Assembly: GCA_964485665.1 (NCBI GenBank)
Contig: CAZAJR010000031.1
Location: 1 to 38,309, forward strand
Direction of reading: 5' to 3'
DNA from: an uncultured Candidatus Saccharibacteria bacterium
GTDB taxonomy: Bacteria; Patescibacteriota; Dojkabacteria; SC72
Length of the DNA: 38,309 nucleotides
The notes beneath the pieces were generated by a model. It made no database searches. It worked only from the letters and a program-made list of their open reading frames with translations, and had not been told where the DNA came from. Every line of letters begins with the position of its first letter. Position 1 is the stretch's first letter. Positions 8,707-16,470 of the stretch are shown here, piece by piece. The translations under genes were made by a program, and so were the position numbers.

Positions 8707-11526
8707 TTACTCAGTGATATAGCAAACGTCATGAACTGGACACGTACCTATAGAGCAACCGAAATCTTCATTTAAAACATCTCTTGGATTATATGTTCGA
8801 CCATCAACCTTAACAACAACGTGAGCATGAAGTCCTGTAGAACACATTCTCCATGATTCATCATGAACTATTGTCGCAACAGCTTGTCCGGGTCCAAGTT
8901 TTTGACCAGATGAGACTCCTATAGCGACATGAAGGATGTAGAATTGATATGTTCTTCCTTGATATGTAGCAGAAAATTGTACAAATCCTCCTGCTGGGTA
9001 TTGACCTCCACCACAAGTAGCTTGCCCTACCGCATCTACTACACAATTACCTTCTGCTACGTTACAAAATTGAGGTGCAGCAAAGTTTCCTCCTATAGCA
9101 ACATCTATAGCGGGAGAGTTTTTATGACTTGGTTGTTTGTACCCAGGTTTAGTACAGTAAGAGAATGGTCCTTGTGTACATCTTAAATTAGATCCTGCAA
9201 CAAACAGACATGTTTCTCCTGCTGGTAGATTACCAGATACAAATTCGGGTAATTGACCATCTCCTTCATAGTAGTTTCCTTCATCATCTATTGGGTTTAA
9301 ACCCATCTCTTGACCATAGCTAGTAAAATTAGGATTCTTATACACCTCTCCAGGTATTTCATAGGTATATTCGCTCATTTTCGCCATTTTAGAATCAGCG
9401 TAACCTACTGATAGTATTAAGAATCCAAATACAGCAATTGTAATACCTAAAAACACATACGCCGTTACTTTTAATGTAACCTTTAATAATTTATCAAGTG
9501 CTGCAGAAACAATTAGTGTAACTGCAGCACCAACAGGTCCAGCAAAAGCAGTCCCTGCTAATCCTAAAGCACTAACAACAGCCTTTGACAAGGCTCCTGT
9601 TAATGCTTTACCACCTGCTTTTTTCCAAGCCTCTAACAGGGCCATGGCTGCCTTATCTTTAGCAAACCATTTCGCATTAGCAAGAAGCTTATAAATACCC
9701 TTTCTAAACCCTTCTTTCACCTTATCAACAGTATTTTTAACAACCCAAGCTTTAATTCTTTGGGGAGTATTAAAGGCCCATGCTAACCCCGACCACCCTT
9801 CTATCTTTTTTAAAAGCTTTTCAGCTTTTTTAAATTTTTTAGCAAAATCACTATCACCTTTTTCTAAAGCCCATAAAATTTTATTCATAAGAATCCGATA
9901 TCCCTCATTTTCTTTTAATAAATTCTCTCTTGCTTCGTCCGAAGTAGCCCCTTTAAACTTCCTATAAAATTGCCAGAACCCTCTGGTCCTTAATTTCCCC
10001 AATTCGCCCTCCCCAGCTTTTATTCCCCAGAACTGGGCACTTGTTAATTTGTCAAAATTCTTATCTGCCACCCACGCAAAAGCTTCCCCTGTAGCTAATG
10101 ATCTTATCCAAGTAGTCGGCATCATATAATACATATTAACCATCATCTGATTATAGTGATCACGAAGACGTCTTTCTTTCATACCTTTTTCTTTTTCATC
10201 AAATCGATCAAGCTTTACTAACCTAACTGCTTTATAAAAATCAATCTCTATATTTTTAGGATTACCATCATCGTCTCTATCAAGTTGATTTTTTCTAAAT
10301 GTTATGAACTTTGCATTGCTAGAAGGACAAGCCCAAGTACTTTTCCTCGGATCCAAAAAATCTCCTATTAAAAAGGACCCCAATCCGCCTGGCCCTAAGG
10401 CATTTTGAATTCCATAATAAGCACCTTCCCATTTTCCTAAATTACTCCAAAATTTCATCTGCGAAAGAGCACTTGAACTACTATTAATTGCCTTAATATT
10501 TTCCCTAATACTACTTAATGTTCTATTTCTCTCTGCACTAGAAGAAAATGTTATTTGTCCTGATCTAATTTTTTTTAATTGATCGACAAGAGTTTCTTTT
10601 CTTTTTGACAATTCCTTGCGTGCTTTCTTAAATTCATTTTGGTTTTGGGGTAAATTGTCATATCGACCCCATAACCCTATCAAACTTCTCGCTTGTTCCA
10701 TTTTGTCATATTTATTCTTTTCATTTTCACTAAGAGAATCCCTACTTCGTCCATTTAAAACCTCTTCCTGCTTTGCTCTAAACTCTTCTCTAAGAAGCGA
10801 TCTAAAACCAAACAATGGATCAAAGTTGACCTCATCGGTTCCATCTGTTGCAATGTTATAAGCAGACTCTATTGCCCTCTTCTGACTCTCTAAACGAGCT
10901 TTAACATCAGGGGAACTGGCTCTATTTATCATGGCCTCCAGTCGATCTAATCGATTTTTTACACTACCACTATTATAAAGTTTCTCAGCTGCATCAATCA
11001 TCCAAGCTTGATCTGTTTCCCTTCCCTGCATTGCAACTTGTCCCACCCCCCTTTCCAAAACAGCTTTCATTTCAGGATCATATCCTTCAAAAAGACCTGC
11101 ATGTTTAGCATATGTACTTCCCGCCAACATTCTCATCTGTTCACCTGCCCACTGAAGCCTTTGCATTTTAGAAAGTTTCCTGTTTTTTTCAAACAAAGCA
11201 TCAACAAACTTTCCAGGATCACTTACTATATCAGGAATATCACTTAGTTTTATCTTTACAACACCAATACGATCTTTTTGAGTATTTATCTTGGTCTCCA
11301 AATCAACCAAATTTTGTAAAGTACCTAAGGTTTGTTCTCCTACAAACACACCCGGAGCAGCTAAAGCATCAACTACTGCTGAAACATATTCCGAATCCGC
11401 TTGTGAATCACTTTTGTCTTGTTTAATAGGCCTTCTTTTATCGGGTGGTTTTTCAGACTGTTCTAGGATAAAACCTAAAATATCTGAAACCGAAGATATT
11501 GTTTTACTATCATTTTTATTGGCCAT
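8707..11526 (-). CDS. Large membrane protein: ~640-aa basic helical N-terminal region, glycine-zipper TM pair, Cys-containing C-terminal M23/LytM-like peptidase domain
   Basis: 939 aa. Hydrophobic block ALTGALSKAVVSALGLAGTAFAGPVGAAVTLIVSAAL..AYVFLGITIAVFGFLILSVGY (about nt 9397-9610). The C-terminal 140 aa (nt ~8710-9129) align by eye with lysostaphin/LytM: AIDVAIGGNFAAP, YILHV, GQKLGPGQAVATI, STGLHAHVVV (canonical STGPHLHFEV). Confidence 0.7.
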   Translation of the reverse strand: MANKNDSKTISSVSDILGFILEQSEKPPDKRRPIKQDKSDSQADSEYVSAVVDALAAPGVFVGEQTLGTLQNLVDLETKINTQKDRIGVVKIKLSDIPDIVSDPGKFVDALFEKNRKLSKMQRLQWAGEQMRMLAGSTYAKHAGLFEGYDPEMKAVLERGVGQVAMQGRETDQAWMIDAAEKLYNSGSVKNRLDRLEAMINRASSPDVKARLESQKRAIESAYNIATDGTDEVNFDPLFGFRSLLREEFRAKQEEVLNGRSRDSLSENEKNKYDKMEQARSLIGLWGRYDNLPQNQNEFKKARKELSKRKETLVDQLKKIRSGQITFSSSAERNRTLSSIRENIKAINSSSSALSQMKFWSNLGKWEGAYYGIQNALGPGGLGSFLIGDFLDPRKSTWACPSSNAKFITFRKNQLDRDDDGNPKNIEIDFYKAVRLVKLDRFDEKEKGMKERRLRDHYNQMMVNMYYMMPTTWIRSLATGEAFAWVADKNFDKLTSAQFWGIKAGEGELGKLRTRGFWQFYRKFKGATSDEARENLLKENEGYRILMNKILWALEKGDSDFAKKFKKAEKLLKKIEGWSGLAWAFNTPQRIKAWVVKNTVDKVKEGFRKGIYKLLANAKWFAKDKAAMALLEAWKKAGGKALTGALSKAVVSALGLAGTAFAGPVGAAVTLIVSAALDKLLKVTLKVTAYVFLGITIAVFGFLILSVGYADSKMAKMSEYTYEIPGEVYKNPNFTSYGQEMGLNPIDDEGNYYEGDGQLPEFVSGNLPAGETCLFVAGSNLRCTQGPFSYCTKPGYKQPSHKNSPAIDVAIGGNFAAPQFCNVAEGNCVVDAVGQATCGGGQYPAGGFVQFSATYQGRTYQFYILHVAIGVSSGQKLGPGQAVATIVHDESWRMCSTGLHAHVVVKVDGRTYNPRDVLNEDFGCSIGTCPVHDVCYITE

Positions 11527-11527
11527 A

Positions 11528-12958
11528 CTATTGCTTTACCAAAAGCTTACCAACTAAAGGTATTTTACTTATTGCAACTTGAGATTGTTGGGCAGCCTGT
11601 AATGCTTCTTTACTAGATGTTGGAGGAATAATAACTTCGGCGTATTTATCTGCCTTAGAAGCTAAAAAGAGGACTAGAATTTGTAATAAGAAAATGGTGA
11701 TTGAATTAATTAAAGTTCCATCAAGAAGACTCTCAACAAACTTCTGCTGACCAAGAGTTAATTGGTCTGGGCCTGGAAGATTAAGCTCCCCCCCGCTCAA
11801 GGAATATAGAAGGCTTGGCAAATTTAAAAACGCAAAAGTTATTGGGTATACAAGGACATTTCTAAATATATTCTTGATCCAATTTATAAATGCCACATTT
11901 TTCCCAGGTATCGCAGACATAACTATTTGAAATGGGCCTGTTATAACATGGAGAAGTATACCTAGATACGCTTTAAGTAAAGTCATAAAAACCATAAAGA
12001 CCCCAATGGTACCTATGATTACAATTATCAGCAACATTACTAAAGTTGCAAAACTTGCCCCACCAATACCAGGAAGAAAAGAGAACCAAAAAGATAGTCC
12101 TAACGCTGGTTTAAATATCTCAAAAAAACTGCCCCCCGCCTCAATTTCTATACCTAAAAGATTTTCTATTGTTTCAATAAGAGCCTGAGGCGCTAAAACA
12201 TCAAAGATACTAGTAAAAGATTCTAATGTAATGATATGATCAAATTCTCCGACTTCTCGAACTATATCTGCTAACAAACCCATAATTAATCCTCCTATAT
12301 CTATAAGAATTCCAGCTATAGCAAAACTAAAAGTAACGCCTATTAGTGCCAAGATTATATTAGGCAATGTGTTACCCAAAGTAACTAGAGTCTGTCCACC
12401 TAATTTGCTTCTAAACATAATCATAAACCCAACAACAATCATTATTATAATAAAAAGTACATAGGTAATATTTCTTGATACTGACCAAATTTTATCAATG
12501 CCTGTATCCCTAAGAACCTCATAACCAGAATCTGCTGCATATACCGAAGTGTTCTCGTATCCAGGCACCCATTCTTCTGCCAAATGTGCATATACATTAA
12601 CTAATGGCTGAGATTGATACATAGAATTTAAAGAGTCTTCTGTCATTCCATATATCCCTCTTTTTGCACTGATAGGTAAATTTTCTGACTCTTGTATAAG
12701 AGCATTGCCTGAAGTAGCTTCTGGATAAAATCTTACAACCCATGTTGCTACTTTAGCATCTCCACTAACAGTTGTTGCATAAGCTGCATTATAATCATCA
12801 ACCTCAAGCTCATGCGCTTTGTTAACAGTTTCTACACTATTCTTATAGACTTCCTGCAAATCTATTTTCCCTTCCTCCACAGCATAAGCGTTCATGGACA
12901 TAAAAAACATAAATATCATAACTATGATAACTAGAAGGTCTGTATAAAGTTTCTTCAT
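11528..12958 (-). CDS. Polytopic integral membrane protein (cleavable signal peptide, ~130-aa outside domain, then about 7 TM segments); VirB6/TrbL- or SpoIIIAE-like architecture only
   Basis: 476 aa. Signal peptide LLVIIVMIFMFFMSMNAYA|VEEG. Hydrophobic segments include ITYVLFIIIMIVVGFMIMF, IILALIGVTFSFAIAGILIDIGGLIMGLL, FATLVMLLIIVIIGTIGVFMVFMTLL, LGILLHVITGPFQIVMSAI, VLVYPITFAFLNLPSLLYSL, INSITIFLLQILVLFLA. Its stop codon lies 1 nt from the next start codon. Confidence 0.65.
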   Translation of the reverse strand: MKKLYTDLLVIIVMIFMFFMSMNAYAVEEGKIDLQEVYKNSVETVNKAHELEVDDYNAAYATTVSGDAKVATWVVRFYPEATSGNALIQESENLPISAKRGIYGMTEDSLNSMYQSQPLVNVYAHLAEEWVPGYENTSVYAADSGYEVLRDTGIDKIWSVSRNITYVLFIIIMIVVGFMIMFRSKLGGQTLVTLGNTLPNIILALIGVTFSFAIAGILIDIGGLIMGLLADIVREVGEFDHIITLESFTSIFDVLAPQALIETIENLLGIEIEAGGSFFEIFKPALGLSFWFSFLPGIGGASFATLVMLLIIVIIGTIGVFMVFMTLLKAYLGILLHVITGPFQIVMSAIPGKNVAFINWIKNIFRNVLVYPITFAFLNLPSLLYSLSGGELNLPGPDQLTLGQQKFVESLLDGTLINSITIFLLQILVLFLASKADKYAEVIIPPTSSKEALQAAQQSQVAISKIPLVGKLLVKQ

Positions 12959-12987
12959 TTTTAGAACTAAATATATTTTAAATAAAT

Positions 12988-14355
12988 TTACATCTTTTTA
13001 GGCTCATCTGTTCTATTCTCTGCTTCGTCAATATGAAAATTCAGATACTCCATTGTATCAGGATACTCCTCTCCAGGTAAATTGTCATACGATTGAAACT
13101 CTACTTCCTTAGAAATGTAGTCTATATCCCATGCACATTTTAATGTCTGTTCATCTATACCATCTATTCTAGCAACACAATCTGTTAAAAGATATACGTT
13201 ACCACCAGTATCTCCTCCAGGTATTTTAACATTTCCAGCTCTTAACTCATTAAACTCATTAACACATTGGCCATTTTCTGCGCAATCCTGTTTAGTCCCA
13301 AAAGGGGATTCCATAATAATTATAATATTGGCAGTACTAACACAATCCCCACCCTCTTCACTTCCCTCTGTACAAGAATTAGCATCAAATATATTATTAA
13401 TTCTCTTAACAAATGATACTATCACTTCCTTTAAGGATGGTGTACAACCTATTGGAGCTGTTCCTTCAACATCCATATTCAAGAAAGTTGAATCATCCGA
13501 GCAACTCTCTATATTTTCAGAAACTTCCTGCTCATCTACTTCATCATAGTAACCTGGTATTTGACTCAATCCTGCCAATATAGAACTTGTATCTAAGTAT
13601 TTTTGTAGAGTTCCACTGGATGGGTTGTTACATTTTTCTCCACAATCATTTGTATAGTACTGATCTACTGTAAATTGGTTTTCTCCACCACCACTAGCAT
13701 CTCCACCGACATTAACATTATATTCAACCCCAAAAGGCACGTTTCTACTATTGTCTGCAGCGTCTAAAATAGCTTTTGTATTCTCATCTCCAGGATATGT
13801 ATTGCTTTCAATAACTCTCCTACTAATCATCTCCCCTGCAGGTTTCAATGTCTCATGATAATTTCCCTTAGTGTCCCTATATATCTGTCTTACCTCACTA
13901 TCCATAGTTGGAGATCCACTTAACAAGGGTGGTACAACAACACTAACCAAACTTATGGACGCATCTCTGCTAATCACTGATCCAACCTCTACCTCACCAC
14001 CTCCTTTTAAATCTGCCTGAAAACCTCCTTGAGAATCTGTCGTAGAGCAAATTTTCTCTGATGAATACACCAAATCTGTAGTCCGACATGTTGTTGTATC
14101 ATTTTCACTTAATACCAGATCTGGATACACTCTTTTTACTGGGTTTAATTCATCATCTACTTCCAAAAAGATATCTTGGACTAAATGATTTTGTTCTAAT
14201 TGGTTCTGAACATTCTCTGTTAAAGTATATTCTTCTGTTTCCAAACTCCTTGTACTAGCATTTACATTATCAAACTTTTTAACAGCAAAATATGCGAACA
14301 GTGCAATGGCTAAAAAAAGTAATAATGTTTTTCTTCTACGTGCTTTCTCGGACAT
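12988..14355 (-). CDS. Membrane-anchored acidic Cys-containing exported protein, unknown function
   Basis: 455 aa with anchor TLLLFLAIALFAYFAV. I count 12 cysteines, all in the predicted outside part. No recognisable motif and no Walker A. Confidence 0.6.
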   Translation of the reverse strand: MSEKARRRKTLLLFLAIALFAYFAVKKFDNVNASTRSLETEEYTLTENVQNQLEQNHLVQDIFLEVDDELNPVKRVYPDLVLSENDTTTCRTTDLVYSSEKICSTTDSQGGFQADLKGGGEVEVGSVISRDASISLVSVVVPPLLSGSPTMDSEVRQIYRDTKGNYHETLKPAGEMISRRVIESNTYPGDENTKAILDAADNSRNVPFGVEYNVNVGGDASGGGENQFTVDQYYTNDCGEKCNNPSSGTLQKYLDTSSILAGLSQIPGYYDEVDEQEVSENIESCSDDSTFLNMDVEGTAPIGCTPSLKEVIVSFVKRINNIFDANSCTEGSEEGGDCVSTANIIIIMESPFGTKQDCAENGQCVNEFNELRAGNVKIPGGDTGGNVYLLTDCVARIDGIDEQTLKCAWDIDYISKEVEFQSYDNLPGEEYPDTMEYLNFHIDEAENRTDEPKKM

Positions 14356-14360
14356 AATAT

Positions 14361-14389
14361 AATATACATTGATTGATATTACTAATCAA
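14361..14389 (-). promoter_or_regulatory. Candidate internal promoter TTGATT-17 nt-TATATT, 5 nt from the ATG at 14355 (leaderless layout)
   Basis: The reverse complement of 14361-14389 is TTGATTagtaatatcaatcaatgTATATT. It lies immediately after the stop codon of the upstream gene. Confidence 0.4.
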
Positions 14390-14393
14390 CGTT

Positions 14394-16031
14394 TTATTCC
14401 GTTAAAATACCGTAATCTGTAAGGGGAGATATTTTCACAAAGGTTTTAGAAGTTTGATCAATAGTTATTTCAACCTCATCAGACATCGCTTCTCCTACAG
14501 TCATCTCTACATCCTCTACATTAGAAAGAGTCATAGGATTAAGAGTTACAATATCATTACTGCTTTCATTAAAATATTCCCCATCTTCATCTCTTGCACT
14601 ACCAATGGTGAGTATCCAAGAACCCTCACTGTCAACTAAGGTTGATAATGGATTACTTGAACCAGATGATCCTGTTCCATCGTTATCTCTGAAGGTAACA
14701 ACTATTGCAATATTATCATAATTATTAACATTTACTACTCCAGCTATAGTTTCAAATTCTGGTGGAGTAGATTGTGTGGCATACGTTGTAAGTTCATAGA
14801 TTTCGTCGTATGCTTCATCTTCGGAATAGACTTGGAAATAATATTTCGTTTCAGGTCCTAGTTGCGTTAGCTCTATACTATGCAAATAATACTGCCCTTG
14901 AGAAGATATTCCATCTCTTTCATCTCTTCCTTTCTCGGACAAATCCTCTGCATCTGTTCCATACATCACATACCCGGTTTGCTCTGTTTGGGAAAACCAA
15001 AGGATAGTAACACCTGTATCTGTTAAGTTAGCTGTTAATACAGTATCAGGACCGTATTCTGTAGGACTTGTAGAAGTTAATTGGTCTGTAGAGACCAAAT
15101 TAATCCACTCTAAATCTGATTTTAGTTCATACTCTCTTTCAAAAGAATCTTCTGTTTGCTCCGTATCATCCTCATCCGTATCAAAATCTGTTTCGTCGTT
15201 GTTGTTTGTATCATCAGAAATATCACTCTCAGTTTCCTCTTCCTCGTAGTCCTCGTTATCTTCAGCTTGAGCTATCAATTTAGCTTTTTCATTTATATAT
15301 CCATAATACTCTTGACCACTTGATATTAGGTTTTCTGTTAGTTCTCCACTTGAATTGAATATATCTGTGTATACTCCTTGTACTACTCCTCCATCGTCTA
15401 CTCCTGATACTGCAATGATGGTTAAATTTGTTGAATCTGAAACCTGGTACAAACTCTTATCAGATATCCTCCGAAGCGATGATAGATCGATCAACCAATT
15501 TCCATTACTTGAGGGTGTACTTACAACCGGATACGTACTTTTATCAGATGGAAAAACGTATACAAGTGTATCTTCATTTCCACCCTGTATTTGTCCATGT
15601 ATAGGTTTAGGTACGGGGGTATCTGTAGATATATTGGCTGTACTAAAAAGAAATTCGTTTCCTTCACTACTCGTATATATATCACTTCCTGATACTATCC
15701 TAAAACTGTACTTAGTTCCAGGTTCCAAATTTGTTAACTCAACATAGTGGGTATACTTTTTAGATGAGCCTCTTTTGTCAGTTACTGTGCCTTGTTCTTT
15801 GCCATTTAGTACTGGTACTACAGCACCGGTTTGTTTGTCTTCTGTAGTCCATGTTATCGTTGCAGAACTAGTTGTAAGATTTGCTATAGCAATATTATTA
15901 GGCTGAGTATTAGTGCCTGCACTTGTGAACCACTGTACTGCTTTGTATATTCCAAATATTGTTAATGGTATACCTATTACTAGAATCAAAACCGTCGTTA
16001 ATTGTTTTTTTTGGTAGGGAGTTAAATACAT
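14394..16031 (-). CDS. Membrane-anchored surface protein with two [FN3-like (purple-acid-phosphatase-N type) + beta-rich] modules joined by a poly-acidic linker
   Basis: 545 aa with anchor LTTVLILVIGIPLTIFGIY. FN3-like 1: NLTTSSATITWTTEDKQTGAVV..YTHYVELTNLEPGTKYSFRIVSG. FN3-like 2: NLTDTGVTILWFSQTEQTGYVMYG..YYLHSIELTQLGPETKYYFQVYS. Linker EDNEDYEEEETESDISDDTNNNDETDFDTDEDDTEQTEDS (nt ~15131-15262). No cysteine. Confidence 0.7.
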   Translation of the reverse strand: MYLTPYQKKQLTTVLILVIGIPLTIFGIYKAVQWFTSAGTNTQPNNIAIANLTTSSATITWTTEDKQTGAVVPVLNGKEQGTVTDKRGSSKKYTHYVELTNLEPGTKYSFRIVSGSDIYTSSEGNEFLFSTANISTDTPVPKPIHGQIQGGNEDTLVYVFPSDKSTYPVVSTPSSNGNWLIDLSSLRRISDKSLYQVSDSTNLTIIAVSGVDDGGVVQGVYTDIFNSSGELTENLISSGQEYYGYINEKAKLIAQAEDNEDYEEEETESDISDDTNNNDETDFDTDEDDTEQTEDSFEREYELKSDLEWINLVSTDQLTSTSPTEYGPDTVLTANLTDTGVTILWFSQTEQTGYVMYGTDAEDLSEKGRDERDGISSQGQYYLHSIELTQLGPETKYYFQVYSEDEAYDEIYELTTYATQSTPPEFETIAGVVNVNNYDNIAIVVTFRDNDGTGSSGSSNPLSTLVDSEGSWILTIGSARDEDGEYFNESSNDIVTLNPMTLSNVEDVEMTVGEAMSDEVEITIDQTSKTFVKISPLTDYGILTE

Positions 16032-16037
16032 TAGTCT

Positions 16038-16066
16038 ATATTACCTTTTCTTTAAGGTTTAGACAA
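16038..16066 (-). promoter_or_regulatory. Candidate internal promoter TTGTCT-17 nt-TAATAT, 6 nt from the ATG at 16031 (leaderless layout)
   Basis: The reverse complement of 16038-16066 is TTGTCTaaaccttaaagaaaaggTAATAT. It sits in the only sizeable gap (100 nt) of the cluster. Confidence 0.45.
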
Positions 16067-16131
16067 ATAATTTTTGTAATCTTGATTAGATAATGCTATC
16101 GATTTTCTACTCCTTAGAAAGTAGCACGTAA

Positions 16132-16425
16132 CTATTTTTTAAGTCCTTGTAGAAAAGAGAATATGTTAGCTAATACTCCCCCTATAGCTCTTACTGGTGT
16201 TACTATAGATTGGTTTACTTCTTCTACTGTAGCTCTAGCAGTATTAACTATTTCTTGTGCATCTTCCAATATCTTATTAGTTTTCTTTAATGTCTCTTTT
16301 GTTTCTGTAACTACTCCTCTTGAGTCTTTAATTAGCATACCTAATTCAAAGAGTATAAAGGTAAAGAATGCTACAGGTACTCCTATTATTATCATCCAAT
16401 ATATTGATGGTATTGTTTCGAACAT
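16132..16425 (-). CDS. Small membrane-anchored coiled-coil protein (DUF948/YtxH-like)
   Basis: 97 aa. N-terminal TM IYWMIIIGVPVAFFTFILFELGML, followed by a helical segment KETLKKTNKILEDAQEIVNTARATVEEVNQSI. This is the layout of the DUF948/YtxH small proteins of Firmicutes; the assignment is by pattern only. Confidence 0.5.
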   Translation of the reverse strand: MFETIPSIYWMIIIGVPVAFFTFILFELGMLIKDSRGVVTETKETLKKTNKILEDAQEIVNTARATVEEVNQSIVTPVRAIGGVLANIFSFLQGLKK

Positions 16426-16470
16426 AGTTTTTAATGTCTTAAGTTATATGTTTAAGGATAACAAATATTC

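Noticed and set aside
6473-11526. Prophage tail/lysis module. The 939-aa protein would be a tape-measure protein with an M23 domain, and the amidase_2/SH3b protein would be an endolysin.
   Set aside because: There is no capsid, portal, terminase, tail tube, integrase or holin-like neighbour. The adjacent genes are N-terminally anchored FN3 or Cys-rich proteins and a polytopic membrane protein. The amidase-like domain has a signal peptide and appears to lack catalytic ligands. The flanks are core housekeeping genes with the same composition.
7702-14355. Canonical conjugative type IV secretion system or integrative element.
   Set aside because: Only an architectural resemblance exists (polytopic protein, hydrolase, bitopic protein). 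The window contains no VirB4/VirD4-type ATPase (I saw no Walker A motif in the cluster proteins), no relaxase, no integrase and no flanking repeats. I keep it only as an analogy within the cluster finding.
16107-16124. Hairpin CTACT-ttctaagg-AGTAG after the 97-aa gene as a terminator.
   Set aside because: It has a 5-bp stem and is followed by AAAATCG on the sense strand, with no U tract. It is not credible as an intrinsic terminator.
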